Positions 1 to 12,986 of a stretch of DNA of 64,000 bases are shown here, piece by piece (position 1 is the first letter of the stretch; every line of letters starts with the position of its first letter). A program made the position numbers and the translations under genes. Source of the DNA: Octopus vulgaris (taxonomy: Eukaryota); assembly GCA_951406725.2 (NCBI GenBank), contig OX597815.1, positions 107,756,001-107,820,000 on the forward strand, written 5' to 3'. The notes under the pieces are model-generated. The model was not told where the DNA came from, searched no databases, and was given only the letters and a program-made list of their open reading frames with translations.

Positions 1-614
1 GGCACCTGCACTGATAGGGTCACCAAGTAACCTTCAAGACAAAAGTCTTTGAAGAGGGGCGGGGGCATTGGAGAAGGTGATCTGGTGTCAGATGATGAAA
101 GGTTATAGTGAGACAGAGAGACAGAAAGAGGTGTCTTGCTGTAGAGGAGGTACAAGGTTACCTGTCTGGAGAAAGAGAAAGAGAGAGAGAGAGAGAAAGA
201 GAGTGAGAGAAAGAGAGAGAAAGAGGGAGAGAGAACAGGAATGAAGACAAGAACAAGCACGCTGCTGCAATGGAAATACATGGTTACCCATCCTGGGGGA
301 TGTGCAGGAGGAGAGAGAAAGTGAGAGACAGCAGGATAGAGATAATGGCGAAGTGCTGGGCATACTCACAAGGAATGGGGATCAGAGTATAAATGGGATG
401 GTTAAGTAAAGGCAGAGAGTGATATAGATAGTGAAAAGTGCCAGAGCTTAGCCTTGAGGTTCGAATGTCATAATTTAAAAGGCAGGATATTGGAGAGTGT
501 GGAAGGGAAATGAATGGTGAAAACCTGGGTATATATAGTGTGGGTGGAGGTTACTGGATAGCAATAATACAGAGAAACAGGGCCATGAGGACAGGATTGG
601 GGAGTAAGAGGTAG

Positions 615-897
615 GTGTAGTGCATGAAGGAGGAAATGTGAGGAAGAGAAGAGATGTAGAGATGTAGATTGGTTTGTTGGGGTAGGGTGTGCAAAACGTT
701 TTCTTGTTACATGTGGGTAGAGCACACAAGTTAGGGACTAGCAGATAGCAATGAGTCAGGGCCAAGAGGGCAGAATTGGGGAGTGGAAGGAAAGCATAGT
801 GCATGAAGTGGAAATTTGAGGAAGAGATATAGAGATGTAGAGATGTAGTTTAGTTTGTTGTGGTAGGGCGTGTGAGAAGTTTTCTTGTTATGTGTGA
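615..897. repeat. Diverged direct duplication (~100-bp unit, ~179-bp spacing) in purine-rich repeat DNA
   Basis: tagtgcatgaag..ggaaat.tgaggaagaga..agagatgtagagatgtag..t.gtttgttg.ggtaggg.gtg....ttttcttgtta occurs at ~618 and ~797. Confidence 0.7.
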
Positions 898-929
898 GTG
901 GGACACAGCACTTCTAGAACTCTTCGCTG

Positions 930-1176
930 ACACAGGTGGATTTTCTCAAGAACCTCATATCACCAGATATTTTGGTCCATTGTCATTTCTTCTGTGAGAT
1001 CCAACATCCTGAGATTGGTCCGTACCACTTCATCCCATGTCTTCCTGGGTTTCCTTCTTCAACGGATAGCATCCACTTTCAGTGATCGACACTTCTTTAT
1101 GCAGCTGTTCTCATTCATATGCATCACATGTCCAAACCAACATAGTCTTCTCTTTTGCATGCTACATTTGATTCCT

Positions 1177-1178
<2 letters not shown>
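930..1178 (-). mobile_element. RTE-clade LINE, ORF2 C-terminal fragment
   Basis: Minus-strand translation GIKCSMQKRRLCWFGHVMHMNENSCIKKC...RRKPRKTWDEVV matches the RTE motif RLxWxGHVxRM...GRPRKTW. Confidence 0.85.
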
Positions 1179-1238
<60 letters not shown>

Positions 1239-1534
1239 TTAGGTGTGTTACGAGCATTTATGGGACACGTATTCCAAAGTAAAGGATGAAATAGAACTCA
1301 ACCTTTTCTCATATTCATATATATATATATATATAAGAGTGAGTTTGGAGGGATATATACTCTGGGTGGATACCATATTAGCTCTCAGTTAAATTCCAGT
1401 TAACAACTAGCCACAATGATCAGTATCTAATGCCTGTGTCCACATTTAGCTGTTAGTCACTGTGTGAATTCTTCCGATGGATAATTCTGTGTACTCTTTG
1501 TTGGATGGTAAAAATTGCCTGGACTATATACTAA

Positions 1535-1725
1535 TATTCTTTTCTCCTCTAGGCACATGGCCCGAAATTTTGGGGGAGGGAGCCAGTAAATTAGCTCGAC
1601 CTCAGTATGCAACTGGTACTTAATTTATCGACCCTGAAAGGATGAAAGCAAAGTCAATCTTGTTGGAATTTAAACTCAAAACTTAAAGACAGATGAAATA
1701 CTGTTAAGCATTTCACCCAGTGTGC
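1535..1725 (-). mobile_element. SINE family B copy
   Basis: Reverse complement carries GAGTTTAAATTCC (B box-like) and GACTTTGCTTTCATCCTTTCAGGGTCGATAAATTAAGTACCAG, a core repeated more than 10 times in the window. Confidence 0.8.

Positions 1726-1727
<2 letters not shown>

Positions 1728-1817
<90 letters not shown>
1728..1817. repeat. (TA)n microsatellite, representative of dozens of (TA)n/(CA)n/(TATC)n/(TATG)n/(GAT)n/(TAA)n tracts
   Basis: Seen directly; these tracts produce the YIYI, CVCV and LSIY pseudo-ORFs. Confidence 0.98.
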
Positions 1818-1819
<2 letters not shown>

Positions 1820-1820
<1 letters not shown>

Positions 1821-2401
1821 GGCATTATTACACATAAATGCCTCACGCTAGGAGGTACTTTGAAAGTCATTACTACCAAAAATAAACGAATCGTACCAAA
1901 TGCAGCTCTCGAAGCAAGACATTTAAAAACAGAATTTAGTTCCAGATCACCTGTGATTTCGCAATTAACGTATTATCTACATCTCTTGTTCATCAGTGAA
2001 ACGAATTCGAAACATATCAAGAATGAACAAAACCAACATACCCGGCGGAACCCAGCAGACAACCGTCGCCTCCATCGTAGCACATGGAAATGTTCATTCG
2101 TCATATATTTATGTAAATGGCGGGCGAACATTTCCATGTGCTATGATGGAGGCGACGGTTGTCTGTTTGGTTCTGCCGGGTATGTTGGTTTCGTTCCTTC
2201 TTGATATGTTTTGAATTCGTTTCACTGATGAACAAGAGACGTAGATAATACGTTAATTGCGAAATCACAGGTGATCTGGAACTAAATTCTGTTTTTAAAT
2301 GTCTTGCTTCGAGAGCTGCATTCGGTACAATTCGTTTATTTTTGGTAGTAATGACTTTGAAAGTCCCTCCTAGCGTGTGGCATTTATGTGTAATAATGCC
2401 C
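1820..2401. mobile_element. Foldback/MITE-like palindromic element with ~276-bp inverted arms
   Basis: 1820-2095 is the reverse complement of 2126-2401 with about 13 mismatches counted by eye; ~30-nt spacer; TA-rich flanks. Confidence 0.85.
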
Positions 2402-2560
2402 TTTATATAATATAAATAAATATTTTCAAGTGAAAAAATTTTCAGATTTTTCTCTTATGAGGTTTTTCACGCTAACTACCTGATAATTTCTTGTTAAGAT
2501 TTCTTATTAAGATTTTATCCTTAATTGTTATATATATATATATATATATATGCATACATA

Positions 2561-2724
2561 TGCTGGGCTTCTTTCAGTTTCTGTCTACCAAATCCATTCA
2601 CAAGGCTTTGGTCGTCCTGTGGCTATAGTAGAAGACACTTGCCCAAAGTGTCATGCAGTGGGACTGAACCTGGAACCATGTGGTTGGGAAGCAAGCATCT
2701 TACCACACAGCTTCTCCTGCGCCT
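2561..2724 (-). mobile_element. tRNA-derived SINE family A, 5' part
   Basis: Reverse complement GGCGCAGGAGAAGCTGTGTGGTAAG...GGTTCAGTCCCACTGCATGACACTTTGGGCAAGTGTCTTCTACTATAGCC matches the full copy at 27706. Confidence 0.85.
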
Positions 2725-4764
2725 ACTATTCATGTTTGTGTATGTGTGTATGTGCATGTACACATGTGTGCGTGTGTGCATATATGTGTGCACACACGTG
2801 TGTGTGTGTGTGTACATGAACATGTGTATGTGTGTGTTCACAAATATGAGTGTTTGCATGCACGTGTGTGTGTATGTACATACATATCATTGAAGTTGTT
2901 CATAATTGTAATCTAAATAATATATCCTTGGCTGATATTGCTAGAGGCCATTCTGTTGCCATAGCAACTGAATCTAGTGTGAAAATCTTTGGACATTTAC
3001 TCGGTATTTTTTTAACCTTTGCTGGGAGAGGAAGTGGACAAATATTTAATGCATATTGTGCAACAGTTGTGCAGTGATGCAGTAATGGAAATGGCTTTAA
3101 TACTTTAATGATGAACATTTTGAACATTTACTTTCTTTTAGGCCACAGAACATTAGAAAGTTGCAGAACAAATAGTTGATGTGATAAAGAAAAAAGCTAT
3201 ACAGCCACACACATCTGTATGCACACATACACACGCACGAGCACACACATATACATACACAGACACACACACACACACACACACATACACAAACACAGTA
3301 TGACTTCTTTATTTTTTTGGAGATTAAGAAGGCCAGTCAAACAAGAAAGTACTCACTGCATTAAATTGGAGAGTATAGCCTGCTTCATGTATACACAGTG
3401 CATTTAGCATTGTACACATAACCTCGTCGTCGTTGTCATCGTCGTCGTCATCATCATTATCATCACTTGTATAGCAAGACTAAAGATCCCTCTCAGCCTT
3501 ATGTTGGCACTGTCATTTGCCAAATGCTTTATAGAGCATGCTATGCATGTTTCATCTTGTCACCAACACCACAGAGTCTACATCGCCTCTGGCAAGACTA
3601 AACAATCCTCTCTTCTCTACATTTTATCTATTCATTAATTACTCATTTTACAGAGTGAACTGCATACATTTTACCATTGTAGCAACACTAGGTAGGTTCT
3701 CTTCTCTTTGGCAATAATAAAAACAATTCTTCATTACGCAATATTGTCTCTGTTCATTTTTTCACCAGCACCACAGGATTGTTCTATCATTTAGAATTAG
3801 AGAATGATGGTAGAGAACTGGAGCAAGTGGGCGATAGGGGAAAGATTAATACAAATAGAGCTAAAGTGCAAAGAATAAGAGGAGAAGGTAAAAGAAGATA
3901 AAGAGTGATAGAGCGCTATATGACCATTGTTGGTAGGGAGATTGAATATAAACAGCATGGGCTGTGTGATGGTGGAAGAGTAGTAGCAGAGAGGTAAGAT
4001 GATAAAAGGGAGCATACCAAATGTGAGGGACTGTGTGCTGAATGGCAATAACGATAAATGATGGTGAGAAAGTAGGAATGATGAATATAAAATATGAATG
4101 ATAGGAAATTTGGAGTATAGATGTGATGATGGTATGGGATGGGGAAATTGAATGTAAACAGATCTGACCGAATGCCATCTTACAATATAGAGATATCATA
4201 ATGGGAAGTAGATGGAGTGATAGTAGGAAGGGGTTCTATCTAGTACAGTGTTACCCACATACAATCAGTCTTCATACTTTGTCCCCTGTTATCTTTTTCA
4301 CTTTGTCTGTGTCACTCTCTGCATACACACATGTATATATGAGTTTATGTGTGTCACCTCACCACCAGCCAAATTTCTTCCCTGTCATGAACTATACCTA
4401 CCTTCTTCACCACCAAGCTCTTTAAAACTACCCAACCATATCATCTCTCCCTCTTGTCCTCTCCCTCTCAACTGTATTATCATTACTATCCTGACACTCA
4501 GGATAGTAATGATAAGTAAAAAAAAAACGTACATAGTTTTTTTTTACTTATTATATAATATATTGATCATTCATTTTTATACTTTTTGAGATCTAGTTAT
4601 AAGTTATATGTTTTATAAAAATATAAATTATTTGTTATTTATGTTTTGGTTTATGTCTGTCACTGTTTGAGTTGCATAATAGTGGTTTTATCTCTAATTT
4701 ATATTTTTTTAATATATATATATATATATATATACGTGTGTGTGTCTGTGTGTTTGTGCAGAAA

Positions 4765-4925
4765 TGGCTATGACTGTGTGGTTAAGAAGTTAGCTTCCCA
4801 ACCATATGGTTTCAGGTTCAGTCCCACTCTATGGTATGAGCAATTGTCTTTTACTGTGGCTCTGAACCCACCAAAGTCTTGTCAGTGGAGTTGGTGGATG
4901 GAAACTAAAAGAAATCTATTGTATG
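4765..4925 (+). mobile_element. SINE family A, degenerate 5' part
   Basis: GACTGTGTGGTTAAG...GGTTCAGTCCCACT...GGAAACTAAAAGAA. Confidence 0.7.
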
Positions 4926-5465
4926 TATGTATGTTCTCCTTTTAATTTAACATAAATTTTGACTGACCTCCTATTTAATAGCAAGGTTGTAAAGAAAAGC
5001 AGTTTTGTTAGGGAGTGGAGAAGAGACACAAAAGACAGACAAAAAGTATACCATCATCATCATCATCATCACCAATGTCCATTGTTAATGTTATTTGAGG
5101 ACAAGATACAATATGCAAGAAATTAAGTTTTAATGTATACTGAGAGATACAAGAAAGTATCTTTGGTTAAGCCTGAGTGACAGGGATACCGAAAGTCCTT
5201 TTATGACTGAAATAAGTGAATATGAACAACATAAGACAACAAGGATATATGTCCACAATATTGGATCCTTGTCTTTGAGCAAGTAAAAAGATTGAAGGGA
5301 GGTAAAATAAAGATTGCTTCCTGAGTAAACAAGAGAAAGAATGAGAGGAATCCAAAGCAGAAATGAGGATAGTGGGAAAAGAAATGGACTGAATTGTAGA
5401 GAAAGAGGTGATAGGGTAGAAAAGAAAAAGAAAGAAATGGAAAAAAGAGAGAGAAGAGTATAGAA

Positions 5466-5501
<36 letters not shown>

Positions 5502-6214
5502 TACAAGTTCACAGAAGATCTAAGAATATAACAGTAAGAAAAAGAGACTGTGAGCATCAATATTTAAATTTAGAGAAGATATAAATGATGCTGTGATATT
5601 TGTGCATTTTGTCAAATCACTTGTAAGTGTATGTGTCCCCAGCTAGCAACGAAATCTGTGGACATGATTTTAATTTTACCAAGAAAATGCCTAGCATTAG
5701 TATGATCATCACACACTTATATACAAATAGCAAGAAATGACTCAAATACAGTATATTTATTTAACAAGAAATTCCTTTTAAAAGTTGTTCCATTACAACA
5801 GAAACATATAGACTATTTAAGATATTCACTTCCCAACTTTTAAAAATGTATTTTGGTATGACACAGAGATTGCAGGTAACTACGTTGATTGATTTGATCA
5901 AATTTTGTGAAGTATGTGAAAGCTTTGGGAATGAAATCTATGGCAATGGGTATGATTTGTCATGAAAAGGTTCTGCTCTAATACAATCATCATAGATTTA
6001 TTTACAACTTAGTTTGAAATGGCTAGAACATAAAACATGTATTCAGCAAGAAATTTCTTTTAAAATCAATTTCCTCGAGAAAGACAAGGACACAGGATTA
6101 AGAAGTTCAGTTTGCAATCATCTGGTTGTGTGTTTGACTCAGGAGGGTAACATTTCTGCAATTTAATTGGCGTTGATGTGTGAGGACCCATAGAATAAAA
6201 AATAATGTGAACAG

Positions 6215-6836
6215 GTGAGGGTTAGTGATAGGAAGAGTATCTGGTTGCAGGAAATCTGCTCCAATGATAGTACCATTCTACCTGCACACTTATATGAAGT
6301 GAGATGTGGGGTATTACAAAGAAGGGGAAGAACATCAATTAGCTATGACACAAAGGGCTATGGAAATACCCCTGCTAGTAATATCATTATGAGAGCATAC
6401 CTGAAATGCAATAAATTGAGAATGAAGCAGAGTGAATGTGATCGCAGGATACTGAAAGCACACGTTCCATTGTGCTGGAGATGCTGTAAAGATCACAGGT
6501 AATAGGTGAGTGATACCTTAGAGATTGAAAAACACCCCTTAGATGATGGGAGGATGGTTTAATTAAATGATTTGGGCCAAGATGGAAAAGAATAGTGTGA
6601 TCAATAAAAAATTGGAAGTGCATTGTGACCAGTAATGGTAGTCTGGTTGATACAGTGATACAGTGATATATATATAATATATGGCATCATGAAAAAGCAT
6701 TCATGCAGGTTCATGTAAAAGCACCTGTGCACTGCCATGTAAAAGCATCCAACACATTCTGTAAAGTGGTTGGCATTAAGAAGGGCCTCCAGCATGGACA
6801 TCGGATGTTAAATGATGATGATGATGATGATGATGA

Positions 6837-6870
<34 letters not shown>

Positions 6871-7255
6871 TTCAGAAGATTGGTTTGAAACTGAAACAAC
6901 GGAAGAAAGTCACCAAGGGGATAGGCATGGCAGCTACAATCAGCTTAAAGTGATTGTGTCTGGCAAGAAACTGCAGATGAAATCCTTGCTGCTTCATTTG
7001 GACAAAGTGTTCAGAATTAGTTGGCTCAATTTGCAAAATCAGTTTGTATGAATGACAAAGTACAGCAGTGTTGAGAGAAAAACTGTGTATACGATGAACC
7101 AGATATAATGTACAAAAGGGAAGATTGCATTAGTTTGGCCATTTGATGCATAAGGATGATGATAGATGTAGAAAGAAATGCTCATCACTTATTGTAGATG
7201 GAACCTGTATATGTGGAATGAAATGGTGAAAGCTGAACTCAGGATGTTGTATCAC
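6215..7255 (+). mobile_element. Decayed RTE LINE fragments with an embedded RTE 3' tail and (GAT)n
   Basis: Remnants resembling RLxWFGH...KKCSSLIVDGTC near 7125-7215; GTGGTTGGCATTAAGAAGGGC...GATGTTAAATGATGAT tail at 6765-6840. Confidence 0.55.
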
Positions 7256-7324
7256 TTCCTTACTCATAATTACTAATTTCCCCCAAAACCCCACCTATGT
7301 TCATCATTTACTACATTCATACTA

Positions 7325-7500
7325 CTATGGAGTGGTTGGTTGTAGAAAGGGCATCCAGCTGTAAAAACAGTGCCAAAACAGACACAGGTGTATGGCGTAG
7401 GCTCCTGCTTGGTCAGCTCCTGTCAGACCATCCAACCTATGTCAGCATGGAAGGAGGACATTAAATGATGTCGGTGGTGATGATGATGATGATGATGATC
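7325..7500 (+). mobile_element. RTE-type 3' tail repeat ending in (GAT)n
   Basis: GAGTGGTTGG...AAGGGCATCCAGCTGTAAAAAC...TCCAACCTATGTCAGCATGGAA...ATTAAATGATG. Confidence 0.8.
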
Positions 7501-8689
7501 TCCTATATCTGGTCATCCCCAACCTATGTTTGTAGCCTTCGCTCACTCTTCCCTTTCACTCTTGTAACCTTGCCTACCTCTATTGGTTCTCCTGTTTCTA
7601 TGCTCTCTTCTATTCACCTTCTTGGACAAGTTACCATAAGGGCTGTTCTGGCACCTCATCATCACCATATTTACCTCTCTTAGTGGCACCACTCCCATCA
7701 TCCCCAACCATCCATATAAAATGCAAAGTAGCTGTGAATCTTTCCCACAACAAACTTGTACCTATCATCATACAAACCTGTACCTTTCAGCATCTCACCT
7801 AAACAAACATTCTACGTCTTATTCTTCCACTCAGGTGAGGACACTCATTAGTCTTGTGAGTTTCAAGGCAAATTCCTTAGTGTTGGTACCACAAAAAAGC
7901 ACTCCTGTGACGGACCAGTGTCCCACCCAGGTGGGGAATATATGTACCATAGAAACTTGAAAACTGGCCCTACAAATCTTTTTGACTGACTTGGAAACGA
8001 ACTTGAAACTTGAAGACACAAAAAAGCACCCAGTAAACTCTACAAAGTGGTTGGCATTTGAAGGGCATACAGTCATTGAAATCCTGTTAAAACTAAGACA
8101 CTGGAGCATGATATAGTCTTTCAAATTGTTGGATCTTGATTAACTATCAAACCCATACCAATATGGAAAGCAAAATAATGATGAAATGTCAATTCTTCAA
8201 AATTCTTTGCAAGATATATAACAAAGTAACAAACATACTCAACAGTTTACAAGTTCTCCTTTTAATTTATTGTATATTTATTTTCTGTATTAGCATGACT
8301 GGGATAATTTGTTTCATTTAACCAGGGGCATACATTATGGATGTGCTAAGTGTTAGCCACCTGCTAAAGACGATAAATTTTCTTTATGATAATTTTTCTC
8401 ATCAAGTGTCATTATCTAATCTGGTCATAAATATTTTCAAATGAAATATTACACAAGGACATGCAGGCCAGGCTAGAGTCCTATTATGAGCAGAAATACT
8501 CTTAAGTATGTATGCTTATACTGATGTTATGGTAGTAGATTTAGTCCAACAGGACACCTTGTGACAACAACCCCTACATACCAATGGTTTAAATTAAAAT
8601 ATTTGTGTATATTTTACAATTGCATTTCCTGCCAGTTGGTAACATCTCAGATGTGAAAAGCTAATGGATCCTATTTGCCAGCCTGTTAG

Positions 8690-8965
8690 TCTCATGCAGT
8701 CATAGTTTACATTCCTTGATAAAAGGAAGTGGTGGGCTTGATTCTCAGACCAGGTTGTTTTGATATGTTTGAGAGCAAAACATTTCATTTTGCATGACTC
8801 CACTTCACTCAGCTGAAAATGTGTACCAGTGGCTTCTGAGAAGTTAACCCTACGAAAAACTGGTGTTCCATTCAGGGGCAGATGTATTGTACTTGCAGTT
8901 ACTTATACATAATGGAAAATGGGGCAAACTGCAGTCTTAATGAGCCAGTAGGCCCATGACAGATC
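8690..8965 (+). mobile_element. Old tRNA-SINE remnant
   Basis: B box-like GGCTTGATTCTCAGACC followed by AACCCTACG...CCATTCAGGGG...CTTAATGAGCCAG; related to 25391-25592. Confidence 0.45.
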
Positions 8966-9069
8966 TAAGACCAAAGAGTTAGAAGAGCTAATACAATAGT
9001 TATTGTAGTGTCTGAAATCTTGACAGTTGTTATTAACATGAGAACATCTGCATAATATGTTGGGTTTAA

Positions 9070-9271
9070 CCCTTTAGTATTTAAGCAGGCCCAAATATTC
9101 TACCTGTTTTATATTCAAACTGGCCAGTTCCGACCTCTCACATCTACCCTACTGTATCATTCTGACAATAAACAATAACATATTTGACTTCTCAAAGCTA
9201 CAAGATGATTAATTCAAAACAAGTGAATAAATGTGCATTACATTTGACAGAGTAATTTGAATGCTAAAGGG
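9070..9271. mobile_element. piggyBac-type MITE
   Basis: TTAA|CCCTTTAGTATT ... AATGCTAAAGGG|TTAA: TIRs with CCC/GGG ends and a TTAA TSD. Confidence 0.85.
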
Positions 9272-9754
9272 TTAAAGAATGGCTTGCGCAATGTTAGCTG
9301 TGTTAAAGAACATCAAATGTTCATGTATTCAATGTTAGTAAGAGAATTAGATTAAAAGTTTGTATGTCACAATTTCAGTAATGCAACATTATGTGTGACT
9401 TATATATAATGATATTAGAAAATTTAACGGTTTAATAATTACTGTCATAGTTATAAATTATTTATGGAAATAACTTCTGTCTGGTTAACTTTAGTATGGC
9501 AGAACACTGAAAATGACCAAATTAATTGACAATTTTTCTGTTTATTTCTCTACCCATGAATGATTGCCACCCAAATTTTATTTGCTACTTATGGGGTGAG
9601 TAGAGGGTGGATCAGCCAGGTCAAAGTTCAGCTTCAGTGACCAAATCTAGTGATGGAAGAAATAACAATGTTCCATAAATTATGAAGATTATTTTACAAG
9701 AGTAGCTTGATTACAGATTTTATTATTTTCTGATTTAGTCTTATCCTAAAGTGT

Positions 9755-10330
9755 GTGGCTTCAAATTTTGGCACAATGCCAGCCTTTTTGGGTGAGGAGT
9801 TAAGTTGATTACATCACCCTCAGTGTTCAACAGGTATTTATTTTATCAACCCTGAAAGAATGAAAAGCAATGTTGACTTTGGTGGAATTTGAACTCAGAA
9901 TGTAAAGATAGGTGAAATGCCCAGCATGCTAACAATTCAGCCAGCTCACCACCTTGGAAAAAGGTAAGGTAGTTCTAATACTAACATATCTTTGCCCCAG
10001 AATTGAAGCAAGAAATTTTGGAAACTAACTACAGCGACTAGGCCTCTAAGAAAAAAAAAATAATGATTCCTATTCAAGTCACTAGATCTTTGCCAAACCA
10101 CCACAAGTATAATAATGGTTTCAAAGTTTGGCACAAGAGCAGCAATTTTAGGGGAAGTAGTAAGTCAATTACATTGACCCCCAGTGCACAACTGGTATTT
10201 GTTTTATCAACTCTGAATGAATGAAAGGCAAAATCAACCTTGTGGCAGAATTTGAATTCAGAGCATAAAGATGGATGAAATGCAGCTAAGCACTTTGTCT
10301 AGCATGTTAATGGTTCTGCCAGCTTGTTGT
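9755..10330 (-). mobile_element. Two SINE family B copies (~9755-9952 and ~10115-10330)
   Basis: Both show ttcaaa.tttggcacaa...ggtattt.ttttatcaac.ctgaa.gaatgaaa.gcaa...gaatttgaa.tcaga. Confidence 0.8.
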
Positions 10331-11089
10331 CTTATAGAAAGTATAATCATATATATAATAATAGAAAGGATTTTTATGGCAAGTATGGCTTTATTTTCAA
10401 TGTAAGGATGACAATGGGAATGAGGATGACGATGATGATGATGATGATGATGAGGAGGAGGAGGAGGGAGGATAGTAGTGGTGGAGTGGTGAAAGGGAAA
10501 TAACAATAATGATATAAATATATATTGCCACTTGCATAAAAGGAAGCGGCTGTCTTTCTCTTGTATTATTCTAATTTTTTTGTATTTCTTCGCTCTGTCC
10601 ACACATTCATCCAACAGTTACTTTATACCATTTTCTAGGTCTATAGTATACAGTGCTACTTGTCAGATTTGCCAAAGTAATTGATTAAACTGTTTAGCTT
10701 AGTCCAAATTAACACCTTGCCATGCTTTTCCAATAAGACAGGCCAAGTAATGCTTGTTTGGTGATTGTAGAAGATATGGTATGGCTTTCCTCTAATGAAA
10801 CTTTATTGCCATCTTTGGATATATAAGAGCTGGTAGTCATTTATACAGAAAGTAGGTTAAAATGACATAATAGCTGTGTGGTTAAAAAGTTTACTTTGCA
10901 ACCACATATTTTCAAGTTCATTCCCACCACATGGCTCTATTGGCAGGATTTTGCCACTTTATTCTTGGGCTGACCAATATCTTGTGAATAGAATTAGGGA
11001 ATCTCCCTATTTCTTTTTTTCTACACATCAAAAGCATAAAAGAAGTGTTTTATATATTAATAATTTCCTCTCACAGCTTGTCTTTCTAA

Positions 11090-11500
11090 TATTGGTTTCA
11101 AATTTTGGCATGAGACCAACAGTTTAGTGGGAGGGAGTTAGTTGATTATATTGATCACAGTCCTCAACTGGTAATTATTTTATTGAAGGGACGAAAGGCA
11201 AAGTTGACCATAGTACCGTTTGAACTCAGAACATAGAGATGGACGAAATACTACTAAGCATATTGCCCTGTGTGCTAATGTCTCAGCCAGCTTGTTGCCT
11301 CTCGGGTTCTTAATATTGATTTCAAATTTTGGCACAAGGCTATTGGTTTCAGAGACGGGAGCAAGCTGATTACATCAATTCTAGTGCACAATTGGTACTC
11401 CTTTTATCAACCTCAGTGGCATCTGAACACAAAATATAAAGATGGATGAGATGCCCACTAAGCATTTTGCCCAGTACTCTGACTAGCCAACTCACTGCCT
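11090..11500 (-). mobile_element. Head-to-tail pair of SINE family B copies
   Basis: ttctaatattggtttcaaattttggca at ~11085 and cttaatattgatttcaaattttggca at ~11310, each followed by the family body. Confidence 0.75.
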
Positions 11501-11585
11501 TCTTTGGCTTTTTAAATTTAAAATTTAGTCTTTGTCCTTATGCATGGTGCATTTTGCCTAGTAAACACATACACACATGCATGTG

Positions 11586-11658
<73 letters not shown>

Positions 11659-11729
11659 GTCTATCTATCTATTTATCTCTCTATATGTATATATATATAT
11701 TAGATATATATATATATATATTATATATA

Positions 11730-11905
11730 TTAACGCGAGGACGTGGAACAAATATAGTGTTATTGGATGCTCAGGAAAGGAAAGAAAGAGGATTTAATGT
11801 TTCGAGCGGAGCTCTTCATCAGAAACATAGGAAAAGGAAAGATCTAAGGAAGGGAAAAGACAGGAAAAAAATTGCCAACGATACAGATGCAGTCACATAT
11901 TGAAT
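11730..11905 (-). mobile_element. Penelope-like pLTR remnant with minimal hammerhead core, (TA)n on both sides
   Basis: Minus strand ttt-CTGATGA-a-GAGC-tcc-GCTC-GAAA-cat-TA-aat (11792-11826). Confidence 0.65.
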
Positions 11906-11929
11906 ATATATATATATCATCATTATCCT

Positions 11930-12390
11930 CATCATCATCATCTTCATTGATTAACATCCGTTTTCCATGCTAGCATGTGTTGGATGATTTGACTAAGGTC
12001 TGGTGAGCCAGTAGCTGCACCAGGCTCCAATCTGATCTGGCAATGTTTCTACAGCTGGGTGCCCTTCCTAATGCTAAGCACTCTGAAAGTGTAGTGGGTG
12101 CTTTTTACATGCCACTGGCGTGGGAGCCAGTCAGGCAGGCCTGGCATCGATCACATTTGGATAGTGCTTTTTACGTACCACCGGCACGGGAGCCAGTCAT
12201 GGGGAACTGGCTATAGCTACGATATTGGTGTTACTTGACTCAACAAGTCTTCTCAAGCGTATCATATCATCCAACGCATCAGGGGTATTCTTAACTGAGC
12301 CTGACATACATGGCTGTGATCTCACTTTTGTTGCTGGGTCTTCTCAATCATAACACATCTCCAAAGGTCTCAGTCTCCCGTCATTGCCTC
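11930..12390 (-). mobile_element. RTE-type 3' region with (GAT)n tail
   Basis: catcatc..ttaacatccgttttccatgctagcatg...gcccttcctaatgc...gtgctttttac repeats. Confidence 0.85.
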
Positions 12391-12583
12391 TCTCTCTATA
12401 CATACGCACACACATATATATATATGCATACACACACATAATTAATATAGATAACCGTGTGCAATGTTTTACCAGAAAGGAAAACTATAATTTTCACTAA
12501 ATATCCTTAGGATGTTAGAACACCTACATTGCTAGAAATAAGAGTTGAAAAGCTCTAATGCTGTAATTAAAACACATAATTAA

Positions 12584-12634
12584 CCCTACTGATGAGGCTA
12601 CAGAATTAACTGAAACTGACCGATCAGTACAGGG
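12584..12634 (+). ncRNA. Type I hammerhead ribozyme motif, copy 1
   Basis: CCCTA-CTGATGA-GGCTA cagaat TAACT-GAAA-CTGA ccga TCAG-TA|CAGGG; intact core, predicted cleavage after GUA at 12629; one mismatch each in stems I and II. Confidence 0.75.
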
Positions 12635-12932
12635 AATTCTTGACTGGTGCTTCAAATGATTACAGTCCCTGTCAGTACATATGTATACAATTATATGCTT
12701 TAACCACAGCATTAGAACTTTCTAGCACTTATTTCTAGCAATGCAGGTGTTCTAATACCCTAGTCATATTTAGTGACAATTATAATAGTTTCCCTTTTTG
12801 GTAAAACATTGCACATCACTATCAATATTAATTTTTTTGTAGACACAGCGATTTGTTAAATCATCCAGATTTTTATGGTGAATACTTATGTACTGACAAA
12901 GAAGTTAGTCAAGAATCAGCAGAGTCGAATGG

Positions 12933-12986
12933 TTCCTACTGATGGGGCTATGGAATTAGTCAAAACTCACTAATCAGTATAGGGAA
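12933..12986 (+). ncRNA. Type I hammerhead ribozyme motif, copy 2 (core-mutated)
   Basis: TTCCTA-CTGATGG-GGCTA tggaat TAGTC-AAAA-CTCA ctaa TCAG-TA|TAGGGAA; stems I and II intact, two core substitutions. Confidence 0.6.
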
